This document shows, one piece after another, positions 1-30,764 of a stretch of DNA of 64,000 bases. How positions within the stretch are numbered: position 1 is the first letter of the stretch; every line of letters starts with the position of its first letter. A program made the translations under genes and the position numbers. Under the pieces are notes generated by a model. It worked only from the letters and a program-made list of their open reading frames with translations, searched no databases and had not been told where the DNA came from. This DNA comes from Podarcis pityusensis (Eukaryota), in assembly GCA_964106645.2 (NCBI GenBank), contig OZ067038.1, one strand, 5' to 3'.

Positions 1-380
1 CCACAATACTATTATTTCCCCCCTCCATTTTTTGGCCCCCCCCCCATAAACAAACAAAAAAACCCAACCTCCCACCCCATCCCCGGACTTCCCTCAGCTC
101 CTGTCCCTGGTTTCCTTAACACATATTTCTATCTGCATCTTATAGAATTGTAAAAATCCTCAAGTTGTCTTTCTATATATTACAATAAACAGTTTGTGAA
201 TGTTTATTCAAAACCTGCCAAAGAGTCCAGTTCATTTTCAGTCCTATGTTCTGAAGGGTTTGGAAGATCTAACTAGTTCCCTTCATCCCCAAGGAGCATA
301 ATCAGGGATCAGGGGAGTTGTGTAGTGCGACAGATTCCTGTAATTGTTATTTTTTAAAGCTGCCTTTTTCCTATATAAAG

Positions 381-17405
<17,025 letters not shown>

Positions 17406-18129
17406 ACGTAAGGGCTGGCTGGCTAGGCCTGCATCAAGACTTAGCCACTCGTGAGTTGAGGACCCATAAAGGCTGTAGAATCCATATTATGCAGTTCTGG
17501 TTTCTGAGCACTGCAGTGCCTTATGTATTGCCGCTGTACTGTTTTTAAAGCTACGCTTTCGGCAAACAAAAGTTAAAAGGGTTTGTTCTTCTGTTACGAA
17601 AATAGTGGTTTAGGCTAGTGATCCAGGACATAACTTATTTTCCAGCAGCTTGTTTGTGTGTGTGCTTATGGCGATTTTATTTTACTAGCGTTGCATACAT
17701 TCCTAGCTTGTTCCCTGTGAAATGGAATGTTCTTTTAAAAACAAAGCACCAAGAACGTTCAAATTGGAAGCCTAGATTTCCTGCAGAAATCAAATCTGGT
17801 TTCGTTGCTGTGTCACAGAGAGGCAAAATGCATGCAAATCAGGATTCCTTGGTGGGGTACTGTTAACTGCACAGTCCTGACTAACTGTGGAGTCCTAGTT
17901 AGGGCTCTTTCAAAGTACACCCCCTGTTCCGTGGGGTGTAGCTTGACATAAGCATTGTACCCCAAGTACATAGCACTTATGCCTCTTCTAACACTTGCGA
18001 TTCCATTTTGGCCCACAGGAAAGCTAAGTGAAAGTGTGTTGCTGGAGGTGGGAACAAGATCATTCACCAAACGCAGAGCGCTAGTGTGGAAATAGGCAAG
18101 GAGTCCCCCAGGAACTTTCAAGATCCTAA

Positions 18130-18245
18130 GGGATATCTCAGTTGGTAGAGCATGAGACTTACTACCAGGGTCATGGGTTTGAGCGGGGGTGGGGGGGTTG
18201 GACGTGATAGCCCTGGGGGGATGCTGCCAACTGTACAATTCTATC
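18130..18245 (+). mobile_element. Degenerate tRNA-Lys/CR1-tail SINE in STAT1 3' UTR
   Basis: CTCAGTTGGTAGAGCATGAGACT...GGGTTTGAGC...GGGTTGGAC...CCAACT. Confidence 0.5.
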
Positions 18246-18970
18246 GGAATACATGAAGATACTAGAGGAAATGTTTACTTTTCTGCACTGCCATCTCCTT
18301 TTTCTCTGTAGTATTCCAAATGATGGTTTGCAAGAGAAAGTTGCTTCTTCCTGTCTTAATTGTGCATTGTTGTGTCGTTAAAACAAAACTGAACCAGGTG
18401 GAGCAGGATTTGCAGCTAAGAGTTGCTGTAGAGCTCAACGACAAGATCACGGTTATTGCTGTACCCAATTTTAAAGAGCAGAATTCCCTATTATATAACT
18501 GGTTATCTTTTCCTAAATACAGGAACGCTTTAATGACTTAACGCTGAAAGCATTTCGAGGGCAGAGGCAGGTAATAGTTCCAGCTCTCGTAACTCATCTG
18601 GCAGTGGAGTCAGTTTTTACCAGGAGTGCCCCCCCCCCCCAAAATAATATGCCTATTCTGTAGGGTTCTATCCAGTAAGCCACTTTTATTGCAATCAAGT
18701 GGTATATAGATTTTGTTACATGCACGCTCTGCGTATCAGAGCCATTCAGTAAAAGGATGAATTTGCAAAATAAGCAGCATTGTTAGATTAGGGGTTTCCC
18801 CCTCCCTATTCCTGCCGTGATAACCTTTTAATGATCCCATGTATTTTGTATTCTGTGTTGGCAGACCATAAATGACACACACAGTTTGAAGACTGTAAAT
18901 GAGTGACAGCGCCTAATAACACGTGTGTAATTGTGGCATACCTTCGGTGTGTTCGGTTGCTAATGGAATA

Positions 18971-19186
18971 CAGTGGTACCTCGGGTTAAGTACTTTATTT
19001 GTTCTGGAGGTCCTGAAACTGTTCTTAACCTGAAGCTCCACTTTAGCTAATGGGGCCTCCCGCTGCTGCCGCGCCGCTGGAGCACGATTTCTGTTCTCAT
19101 CCTGAAGCAAAGTTCTTAACCCGAGGTAATATTTCTGGGTTAGCGGAGTCTGTAACCTGAAGCGTATGTTACCCGAGGTACCACTC
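18971..19186. mobile_element. MITE family B (opposite orientation), in or next to the STAT1 3' UTR
   Basis: TA|CAGTGGTACCTCGGGTTAAG...ACCCGAGGTACCACTC|TA. Confidence 0.88.
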
Positions 19187-19559
19187 TAATGGTTTCCCAT
19201 GGTGTCTCTTTTCATTAAAAGGGAATTGCTTTCTGGAGAGAGTCTAGATTGTGGAGGGAATTAAGAGACTGATTCTGTCGCCTAGGCTGTTCAGTGGCTA
19301 AGGCTTGTGTGCCTCACTTCGGCTCCAGAAAGATTAGTTCTACAGCCCCTCTATGCAACCCTAAAAGCAGTACAATCCTCTTAAGCAAACTAGAGTCCCA
19401 GCAGTGCACGTTTCACAACACAGTTCAGATTGGACCCCCCCCCCATCACTCAGCAAATGTGTTTTGTAAAGTTGCTATAGAAAGAATGAAAAGCTTAATT
19501 AATATGCTTCCACTGAGAGCACACATGCATAGATCGGGGAAGAAAACGCAAACCACTTT

Positions 19560-22500
19560 TTTTTTTTTTTTGTAAGCATGTTTATTATGTTGTAAAATGC
19601 AACACCACTGAATTTGGTAATCCTGAAAATAAATCTTACGTTCAGAAGTGGTACAGCTCAAGTATATATTAAGTTTAGATTCAGTTCATGGGGAAACTGT
19701 CAAGAGGCAAATACAATCATCATAGTTTCTCCTCTACAATAAAGAATGTCAAATGTCAAGCCCAGGTATTTTACTCATTGGGTCACTACAAACAGTCACT
19801 GGTAGTTCTGCTATGAAACTAAAAAGGACATGCGTCCAGCACAACACATCCACACAAAAAATGGGATAGCTGATTCTAGGACTATTGCAGGAGCCATTTA
19901 TGTACGAAGCATAAAATTGACTTAATTCTATAGGCTGTGATGAACAAGTATAGAATGCTTAGACTTTAAAACTGAGTGTGTTCTTCAAGCAAAACAAGCC
20001 TTTTTGGTAAACAAAAAACATGTTAGCAACAGAAAACATAACTAAAGGGCAGTATATTTATAAATAAACCCACATGTAAATGAACTGCCTCCAATGGGCC
20101 ACAATTACTTTACAAATTGCAACTTCCTCTTGTAATGAGGAAAAGCTATACTGTAACTACCTTCGAAGAGGCTGGTACTAAAATAGTTGCTGTCTACTGG
20201 CAGGGTGGAAATACTAATGTTAATCTCAAACTATTTGAGGGGAAATGGCTTTCATTTGCTTATATGCATAATGCTTTTTTTTCCTTTGCAGTATTACAAT
20301 TTGATTAAATAGTGATAACTATAGACTACTGAAATGTCAAAAGGATAAATTTGAATACTTTAAGGAGATACACGTAGAATATGATTCGTTTTGGAGAAAA
20401 GAACAGCTATGACTCTCTAGGCCCGGCAAATGGACTTTTATACTTTCAGTCTTCGCAGACTACAGTGGTGCCTCGCAAGACGAAATTAATCCGTTCCGCG
20501 AGTCTCTTCGTCTTGCGGTTTTTTCGTCTTGCGAAGCACGGCTATTAGCGGCTTAGCGGCTATTAGCAGCTTAGCGGCTATTAACGGCTTAGCGGCTTTA
20601 AGAAAAAGGAAACAAACTCACAAGAACTCGCAAGACGTTTCGCCTTGCGAAGCAAGCCCATAGGGAAATTCGTCTTGCGGAACGACTCAAAAAATGCAAA
20701 ACCCTTTCGTCTAGCAAGTTTTTCGTCTTGCGAGGCATTCGTCTTGCGGGGCACCACTGTATTGCTAAGCAATCCTGAGGCGCTGCAGTAAACTCTGTCC
20801 TCAATTTGGCTCAAAGAACGTTAGTGGAGGGGTGTGGCACAGAGCCCAGTGGATGGCATTTAGGAAAATAAAGCATGTGGCGTTCTTGAAAGAAACTCCT
20901 AAAACCTGTGAACAAATAGGATATTCTACCAGTAATGAGAGGTTTGCTAAAATGTGCAACTTCCATCTTTTATTTTTGGAATCCACTTTTAAGCCTCACT
21001 TGTTATGCAAGGCCTGTTTTGGATCCTCACGCCCATACCATGTGTTTTTCTGCGCGTCTCCTCCTGGCTTTACTATCTACTCTTCCTTACTATACAACAA
21101 GAATAACAGAAAATGGTGGCTATGATTCTGGAGCAATCATATGGCCTGCAACCCAGTTTCGATCCACTGCTTATTATAATGTAAAATCTCAGGCCTATCC
21201 CTTCATATGCTCAGTCTCAAACCCCTCGTCTTTCTATGGTGTAAGCATTTCCTTAAGGATGCAAATCATTCTACTTCAGTCATTGTTTCCTTCAACAAAA
21301 CCCAGTCCACTCTCTAGTAATGGCTCAGCTGATCTTCCACAGGAGGGGTAGCAACATCAACACCACATGGAATCCTTATTTCAAGCTCACAGAGATTTCA
21401 TATAGCTCCCACCTTTATAAAATGCCATTTGTTTGCATCTAGATTGATTCTGACATGATGAACATCCATAATGACAACATCACCATTACCTGCTTTGATC
21501 AGGTCGCTTAAGCAAGTTGCACATAGCATGAGTGTCACCAAGTTGAGGATGGAGGTTAGTTGGAAGTACCCTTCTGACACCATTGTTGCAATTATTTCCC
21601 CTGGCGTGAAACCAGCCCCCACATCACCTTTATCCACACATAATTTGAATTTAGATTTACACACTATAAAATGCCAGGTTCTCTATACCTGCAGGTCCTT
21701 GATTGGAATAAAGTATTTGCCACTGCTAAATAAAGAATACAAGGAGGACACTTGCCGTCAGTCATAGTCCAATGTGGTATGCATACGATGATTCGGTGAA
21801 AACAAAGAGTGCTGAGAAGAACCAGTGGCTGCCAGAGGACTGAGGAGTATTTCAGCAGCCAGACATGAGGATAAAGCAGATTTGATAGAAACATCTAAGA
21901 TCTCGTGGTTATCTAATTACATTCCTCGATATCTTTTGGTCAAACAAACCTTAGAACAGATTCCCTGATAAAAACACTATTCGAATAAAAAGTTAAGCCT
22001 AGACCACTGACCCCAGTCAACAATCTATACTTCTGAGAATTTACATGATGTAAACAAGTATCATGGGAAATTAAAAACGCAAGAAATACGTAAGTGCAGA
22101 TTGTAGCTCAACACACACACAGACTAAATCCACATCACGCATCCAAACTAAATCCACGTCAGCAACAAACCTTGAAAATCTAGCAAGACCACATTGACAC
22201 TTGTGTGTGGCCCAGTTCCACTCAGGCACGCTTCCCAGACGGCTTCAATTAATAATTTTTTTAAAAAAATAAATGCAGAACGGGGGGAAGGGAATTCTTG
22301 ACTATGGAGTGAAGCATCACGGAAAACAGAAAAATAAATTAAGTAGTGCACAAAGCCAACAGCAGCTAATATTTCTTTTTTCCCCTATCGGTTATAAGTA
22401 GCACGAGGTAATATTGCTCACATCATGAATGGAGACTTGGAAGTTTTGTTTTTCTGAAAGAGAAACGAGACTTGTCTGTGCGCCATGAAGAAAGCTCTTG

Positions 22501-22626
22501 TAACACTGAAACAAAGATACATCACTATCCAATAGAAACACACACGCTCTTCATAATCATTTTTCCCCACAATTAATTAGATCAGTAATCTCAATTCTTG
22601 GGATCTAGCAGAGGGGGAAAAGAGGG
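19560..22626 (-). other. GLS: GLS KGA 3' UTR (~3 kb) with polyadenylation signal
   Basis: Minus-strand AATAAA (plus tttatt 19581-19586) ~10-25 nt before a genomic A-run; AU-rich, mostly repeat-free sequence. Confidence 0.6.
20463..20759. mobile_element. MITE family C in GLS 3' UTR
   Basis: TA|CAGTGGTGCCTCGCAAGACGAA...TTCGTCTTGCGGGGCACCACTG|TA; many CGTCTTGCG subterminal repeats. Confidence 0.88.
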
Positions 22627-22783
22627 TTATAGTAAGCCGTCGAGGTTCTTCTGCACAGTTTGGTTTTCCTTTCCACTGCCAGAATCGTCCGGAGGCGTGT
22701 ACTGGACCTGATATTCTTGAAGAATTTTAAATACATCATGATGTCCAAAGTGCAAAGCCTCATCCATAGGTGTGTTGTTCCAT
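22627..22783 (-). CDS. GLS: GLS exon 19 (KGA last coding exon, KEN box): [51 protein letters not shown]-stop
   Basis: cag|A TGG...CTA TAA. Confidence 0.97.
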
Positions 22784-24883
22784 CTGCAGGAGCAAAAACA
22801 TTCAGGTTGAAGATGATGATGTGGGTATCAAAATATATTGGAGGCTCTTGCCATATTTGTAAAACCGCCCCCCTTTTCACCCAAGCTTGGAGCAGCTGTT
22901 TAGAATTAACATAACCCAGAGAAGCAGGCTGACAGAGTGACTTGCCCAAAGTCAGCCAGTATGTTAAGTGAGGAGTTAAAATGGGGATAAAGGTACCTCG
23001 CAAGACGAATGCCTCGCAAGACGAAATAGTTTTTCGTTTTTTGAGTTGCTTCGCAAGACGAATTTCCCTATGGGCTTGCTTCGCAAGACGAAAACGTCTT
23101 GCAAGTTTGTTTCCTTTTTCTTAAAACCGTTAATACCGTTAAAACCGTGCTTCGCAAGACAAAAAATTCACAAGACGAAAAAACTCGCAGAACGAATTAA
23201 TTTCGTCTTCCGAGGCACCACTGTAGTGAGTTTCTCTTTTCCCTAGTGAAAAGGCAGGGAGATGGTGTGTCAGGTTCCACCCAACATTGTGGGTGCCTGG
23301 CACGCATGTGTGACATCAGCATGTGACATCACACATCGTCGCCGCAGCAGGAGGCATCAATAGGTGTCTTTAAATCACAAGCATTTAATGAAAGCAGCGG
23401 GCAACACGTCTGCCTGCTTGCAGAACAAAAAGCTGCTTGTGCAATGGCACTAAAGATTTCTCTTACTCCCCACCCTCGTGCACCCTAAAAACTGCTCAAG
23501 AGGGTCCCTCCAACCTTCTGGAGCAGATTCTGGGGGAACACCACGAGGGAGGAAGTCCTGCCGCAACCTCGCCCAATAAACCGAATTGCTTTTTAATGTA
23601 CAATGATAGTTACGGCGAGGAGCGCAGCAGGGGATACAGGGTTCAGGCACGACTAACTACCATGGAAGAAAACCCATGCAACGTGAATGGTTGTGCCATC
23701 ATCACAGTTCCCAATCCGTAGGCAGGCTGCATGTTTCTCTCCTCCACAGGAACCCGTTGCAATTTGCAGAAGAAGCTCAAAGCATCTGAAGCAACCTTGA
23801 GGTCCTCAGGGTTGTTTTCTGTAAACAAGGGATTCCGCTAACAAGCCCGTTTCATTCTACTGGAGAAAATTCCGCATGGGGTTACGTCAAAAGCAATAAA
23901 ACTGAAGGTGAAACTCAAAGTGAAGTTGATTATAAGCCATAAAACCAAGGATGGCCTGAGTATGGATATATGTGGTCTCACAGTCTGACCTGTGCGTAAA
24001 ATCTTAAGAGCTGGAAGGGACCCCAGGGTCATCCAGTCTAACCCGCAAACAATGCAGGAATGGTTTGATGTGCCAAAGCCCACTGAATTAAGTAGGCTTA
24101 AGGACATCTGACATTGCACAAGACCAGGCTGGGAGTCTGTTTGTACAGGGAAGCATGTGGACAAAATGTAAAAAAACATTGGAGCACAATGTCTACTTTA
24201 GGCTCATGTGTGCCTTCCATCAGCTTTGGCTGGTGGTCCAGCTACGCCCCTATCTGGACAGGGATAGCCTAACTACTGTTGTCTATGCTCTGGTAACATC
24301 AAGGTTAGATTACTGCAATGTGTTATACGTGGTGCTGCCTCCCAAGATTCAGAAACTTCAGCTGGTGCAGAATTCAGCGGCCAGGTTGTTCACCGGAACA
24401 AGACGGCTTGAGTATATTACACCGATCCTGGTCCGACTGCACTGGCTACCAATTAGTTTCCAGGCCCAATTCAAAGTGCCGGTTTTGACCCATAAAGCCT
24501 TAAAACAGCTCAGGACTGCAATACCTCAAGAACTTGCTCTTTCCAACCCGGAGCCTGAGATCATCTGAGGCCCTCCTTCGTGTGCCTCCTCCTCAAGAGG
24601 TCCAGAGGGTGGCAACACGAGAACAGGCCTTCTTTGCAATGGCTCACCGTCTGGAATGCTCTCCCCAGGGAAGTTCACCTGGTGCCTTCATTATACACCT
24701 TTAGGCAGCTGGCAAAAAGGTTCCTTTTTAGCCAGGCCTTTGGTTGATCTGTTTGACATTCTGTGCCCTTTTAAATGTGGCTCTTTTCTAGGGGGATATT
24801 ATTGGGTTGTTGTTGTTTTTCTGATTATATATGTTGCAATCTTTTCTGTGAACCGCCCTGAGACCTCTGGGTATAGAAACTCT

Positions 24884-24930
<47 letters not shown>

Positions 24931-27847
24931 CTATTCTTCCCATTTCACTGCCTTGATTCCCTCCCAAGGGCATGTAGACTAGGCATATTCTGTAACTAAG
25001 CCCAGAACCCTGCCTCCCGCCTTCCCTATTAGCAGAATCAGCAGCCGCCTGGCTTGCATATAGAGAATTCTCATTACGTTCCTCATAAAATATCCGCTTT
25101 TCAGCACACAAATTCCTCGGAGAACAGTGCCCACGAAGCCAGCGCTGCCGTAATTTAATTGACTGCGAATACTCCCCTGTATGTTCAAGTGCAGATGCTC
25201 ACCTGTCTTTGGGGAAAGGATTCACTTTGCAGGCTTCCAGCAAAAATTTAACTACCTCTACGTGACCTACAAAACACAAGGAGGAGGATAATTTTATGCA
25301 CTCGTTATATTAAACGACGCTAAAATGTTAACAAGAAATGCCGGAGATTATTCACTGCCACAACCTTCCGCAGCCGCTACGTGCAACGCTGTCCGGGAAT
25401 CGTAGTCTCTCTGCTCCATATCCATGCCTGACAAAGCAAACCTGAAATAAATAAAATTATTATTAAAATTTGAGAGGAAAATGGGGGGAGGGGATAAAGA
25501 GCTCAGTCCCAAATAATGCAGAACCAAGCATCTAGTGTTTCCTAAGCCTTGGATATGAGGAAAGCTTAATTAGAAGTTCAAAATATATCGATTGGTATCT
25601 AAAGCTTTCCATATGCTGATGGAAGAACTTTGTCAGTGGAATGGCAGGAAGGCCATTTTGGGCAATTCTCCCTCTGCCCTCTTCCCAAATCTGTTCCACA
25701 AAGTGTTGGCGGCTCCTTCTGGAGGCAGATTCAGGAGGGCTGAAGGGGGACTCACCAAAAAATGCCTCTCTTCCTCATTTCACTAACTGAGTCCTTTCAT
25801 TAGGAAATCGAACACTGGTCCTGAAAGACCTGCATTGGCTCCCAGTACATTTCTGAGCATGATTCAAAGTGCTGGTGCTGACCTTTAACGTCCTAAACCA
25901 GGCACCCCCAAACTTGGCCCTCCAGATGTTTTGGGACTACAATTCCCATCATCCCTGACCACTGGTCCTGTTAGCAAGGGATGATGGGAGTTGTAGTCCC
26001 AAAACATCTGGAGGGCCAAGTTTGGGGGTGCCTGCCCTAAACAGCCTTGGCCCAGTGTACCTGAAGGAACATCTCCATCCCTGTCATCCAGCCTGGACAC
26101 TGAAGTCCAGCTCTGAGGGTCTTCTGCTGGTTCCCTCACTGTGAGAAGTGAAGCTACAGAGGGCCTTCTCAGTAGTGGTGCCCTCCCTGTGGAACGCCCT
26201 CCCATCAGATGTCAAGGAGAGAAACGGCTACGCAACCTTTAGAAGACATCTGAAGGCAGCCCTGTATAGGGAAAGTTTTTAATGTTTAATTACCGCAATT
26301 TTCCTTCTATAAGATGCACCCATGTATAAGACGCCCACTATTTTGGGGGACTCCAATTTAAGAAAATGGGGGGAGATGGCCCCTGTGTATAAGACGCCCC
26401 CAAATTTTGGACATTATTTTTTAGGGGAAAAAACTAGTCTTATACACAGAAAAATACAGTACATTTTGGTATATGCTGGAAGCTGCCCAGAGTGGCTTCA
26501 GCACCCCAGTCAGATGGGCTGGTTACAAATAAAACAACAACAACATCAACAATAATAATAATAATATAGCATTGGGCACCACCCACTGACCTGGTTTGCA
26601 CTTAATGCTAAACCCACGGTTTATTAAACCATGATTTAAGCGTTGTATGAACCCAACTTAGCGGCTTAACTATGGATGATTAATTCTGGTTGAAGGTCAT
26701 TCATTAACTAAGGCTTGTAGTTGCTTTATAAGCCTTTGCTAACATTAATCATAGCTTAGTGTTATGTGCAAACCTAGACCTCCTGCTCAACTATAGTTAA
26801 ATGTGGCTAGCAGCATTTGAGCAGGGCTGGCTCGAATAAAGAGTGGGGGAATTTGAACCTCTCTCAAGGCTCAGCTGCTGGTGTTTTTAACTATTCTTCA
26901 ATATAATAAAGTTAGGTTTAAGTGTTCATCTGCCAGACACCTCAGCTTTAACTATGGTTAGTGTTTGCCATGCCTTAGCTAACCGGGCCATTAAATGGGG
27001 AATGAGTTTCAATCATCCAAATTGTAATGCGTTTGCTAGGAGGCTCTATGTGTGAAGAGTTTTCCTTCCTTTCCCGTCATTCTGAAAAGCCTTGGTTCCC
27101 CCCTTTGCATTCAAGCACTGTCCTGGCTTGTAAAAAAAAATAACATCAGAGCAGCCATTGGTTCTGCATATACACTAGAAAAGCAGAAACGTTTCAAAAT
27201 AAAGGCAAAAAAATTTAAAAACGAGCAGAGGGCATGTAATCTCGCTCCTGTAATATTTTCACCATGGCTTTAATCACTTGCTCTGCAGATTTAATTGATG
27301 AAAGCTTTAATTGGTATGCTTTTTAAAACCCGCAATTGTACTAGCTTTATGCAACAGGTTCCTGGCATTCCCAACAGTATTCATTTAAAACAATGGACAA
27401 ACAGGGTTGTGGGGAGTGTGCATCTCAACCGCAATATTATGTATTAAAAAATAATTTATATTGCCAGGGGTCACATGCACACAATGCACTTAAATCACAT
27501 TTATACCATATATAAATGGCCTTTCTCCCCCTCCTCTTCGAAGGGAAGTGTGAAACATGGGTAAGTGACACCTGGAAACGTTCCTCTCAATCTTATCCCC
27601 CGAAACCTTGAAACTATGTACACTGATAGTTCTCTAGGTAAGTCAGGTCAACTTCAAAGGAACCGACTGGTGCTCAGAGCCAAAGTCATGGCTCACCGGA
27701 AATAATCCAGGGAACCTTAGATTACCTCTCACAAAGCGACAATTCCCAGCGCCCTTAAACTACCGTTTGCAGGATTATTCCCTGGGGGGAAGAAATGTGC
27801 TCTGGCTGTATGGTGCAGATGTGGCCACTCTGCAGCCAGAACTTATA

Positions 27848-27888
<41 letters not shown>

Positions 27889-30267
27889 TTTATTTATATC
27901 CCGCCCTCCCCAGCCGAAGCCGGGCTCAGGGCGGCTAATAACAATCAAATAATCCAACATTCTAAAAACATTTCATTATAAAAATTAATTAAAATCAAAT
28001 TGATGGCAACCGTTAAGCAAAATTCTGTGCAGATTGCCAGAGGAGGGAGTCAGGCTGCGCCCTGACCAAAGGCCAGGCGGAACAGCTCTGTCTTGCAGGC
28101 CCTGCGGAAAGATGTCAAGTCCCGCAGGACCCTAGTCTCTTGTGACAGAGCGTTCCACCAGATTGGAGCCGCAGCCGAGAAAGCCCTGGTTCTAGTTGAG
28201 GCCAGCCTAACCTCTCTGAAGCCTGGGACCTTCAGGATGTTTTTATTTGCAGACCGTAAGTTCCTCTGTGGGACATACCAAGAGAGGCGGTCCCGTAGGT
28301 ATTATATTTTTATTTTATTTAATATTTACTTATATTTTTATTTTATTTTATTTATTTTTAAAATTTCTATGCCGCTTTATATTTTTAATAAAGCGGTGTA
28401 CAGCATATTAAAATCAATAAATCAATAAAACTCAATAATATATCACTGGTTCCCCACAGGAGACATGATTATTAAGGAACCATGTAGTAATTGAATCCTC
28501 TTTCCACCTTGAATAGACTGTCTCTGGAATCTAAGACTATAATTATTGTTCAAATGGATCTTCCATCGCTCACAGTGTCTCTGAACATGGCCCGGCCAAG
28601 TTTAATATATACATTATATAGCATTGCCATACGTCCACGATTCCAATGACGGAATTAGCGCCTGGGGGAATTTTTGGGGGAAATTTGCAAAATGTCCGGG
28701 TTTTAGAAACTTAAAAAAAACAACTCGGATTTTTAATTCTTGAAATATGGCTACTCTATATGGCATACACATTTCACATAATGCAGCACAAAGCAAAATA
28801 TGGATTTTACCTTCGTAGTGCAGACACATCACCAGTGTAGGCAGCAAACAGGAGATTTATCACAGATTTCACCTGTAATGGAGAAGGGAAAGGGGGAGGG
28901 ATTTATAATGGTTTTTTTTTTCTATTTTCCTGGGAGGTGCAGAAGGGAGTATAAAAACATGCTAACACCTGCAAACTTTCATGTCAGCCTTATCAACAGC
29001 AACTTTGCCTCTGTATAAATTTCTAGTTCTGGACAACTTCAAAGCAATTAAACCGGTGGAACACAGCCAAAGTTGTCACTTGGAAAGGTTAGCAGCTGAT
29101 ATCCGAGAAAGGCTGTATTTAATAGTGGGGCAGGAGAGCAAAAACAAAACAAAAAAGTGAAATCTGGCAACCAATCCGCCCCTTTGGTTTCAGATAGTAC
29201 ATGGGTAGTCGAGTCTACAAATGCCAGGACACAAATTTTCACAGCCCTCTAGCAGCTCATTTACCAGAAGTAATGTATTTAGCATTAACTCTGGAAGTAT
29301 ATGGGACGTGGGTGGCGCTGTGGGTTAAACCACAGAGCCTAGGACTTGCTGATCAGAAGGTTGGCGGTTCAAATCCCCGCGACGGGGTGAGCTCCCGTTG
29401 CTCAGTCCCTGCACCTGCCAACCTAGCAGTTCGAAAGCATGTCAAAGTGCAAGTAGATAAATAGGTACCACTCCGGCGGGAAGGTAAATGGCATTTCCGT
29501 GCGCTTCTCTGGTTCGCCAGAAGTGGCTTAGTCATGCTGGCCACATGACCCGGAAGCTGTACACCGGCTCCCTCAGCCAATAAAGCGAGATGAGTGCCAC
29601 AACCCCAGAGTCGGCCACGACTGGACCTAATGGTCAGGGGTCCCTTTACCTTTACCTTTTACTGGAAGTATATACTCAATTCTGACCACAATGTATATTG
29701 TGCTCTAGGAGGCTTAGTTTGGTCTAAATTTGTGTCCCAGGCTTTTTTGACTCATCTACCCATATACTATCTGAAACCAAAGGGGTACACTGGTTGCCAA
29801 ATATATTGCCAGAAATATATTGGCATTATAACCCTAACCCTACCCCACTACAATGTCAGGTAACCAAAATACTATTTAAAAAGAATATATATTCACGTTC
29901 GTAGCAAATTTATATTTTATGTACATTTTATTATTTAAAGAGACTCAAGAGAGTGGGTGAAAGAAGATAATTAAACATAGGACAGGCAGAAACTATTGGG
30001 AGACAGCTTTATACAACAAGTGCTGAGCACACTTTTCAAGCTCTTACTATTTCACATGTTGGACTTAGGCACAGGTTATTTATCCAGTTAATTCAATTTA
30101 TACCCCTACCCTTCCTCCCAAAGGGACCCAGGGCATCAAACATGGCAGCAACCATATTGTTTCCAGTAAGGCGTGACCCATGCAAAGGCTTCTGGGAAGC
30201 TGCAGCACAGTGCAGGGTCCATTCCAAAGAGGAAGCCTGTGAGTTTTTGACAAGCTCTTTCTCTCCC

Positions 30268-30309
<42 letters not shown>

Positions 30310-30724
30310 AGAGTCATCCCACAGAGACCCCAAAACACATAGCCAGCTCCAGCACTATTTGTAGAAGAAATTACAGTGGTACCTCGGGTTACAGACGCTT
30401 CAGGTTACAGACTCTGCTAACCCAGAAATAGTACCTTGGGTTAAGAACTTTGCTTCAGGATGAGAACAGAAATCGTGCGGTGGCAGTGGGAGGCCCCATT
30501 AGCTAAAGTGGTACCTCAGGTTAAGAACAGTTTCAGGTTAAGAACGGACCTCTGGAACGAATTAAGTTCTTAACCAGAGGAACCACTGTACAGTGTTTTC
30601 CACTTAAACAGGGATCTCCCAGAACAAATAGTACCCACTCGATCCCTACTTGGGTTCACTACTAGGAACATGCTAGTGGGAAGTGGGCCCCTCCCAGTGA
30701 CACCACATATACAGGAAAGGGAGT

Positions 30725-30764
<40 letters not shown>

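Larger units (their letters stand above)
17406..19760 (+). other. STAT1: STAT1 3' UTR (end uncertain)
   Basis: First canonical AATAAA after the stop at 19628-19633, second at 19738-19743; variant signals CATAAA ~18868 and ATTAAA ~19214 could end it earlier. Confidence 0.5.
25838..26565 (+). mobile_element. L2 3' fragment interrupted by two MITEs
   Basis: L2 homology at 25838-25898, 26035-26290 and 26462-26565. Confidence 0.8.

Noticed and set aside
19560-22626. miR-23 seed sites and the rat pH-response AU element in the KGA 3' UTR
   Set aside because: I could not find AATGTGA or the 8-base AU direct repeat by eye; needs a computational scan.
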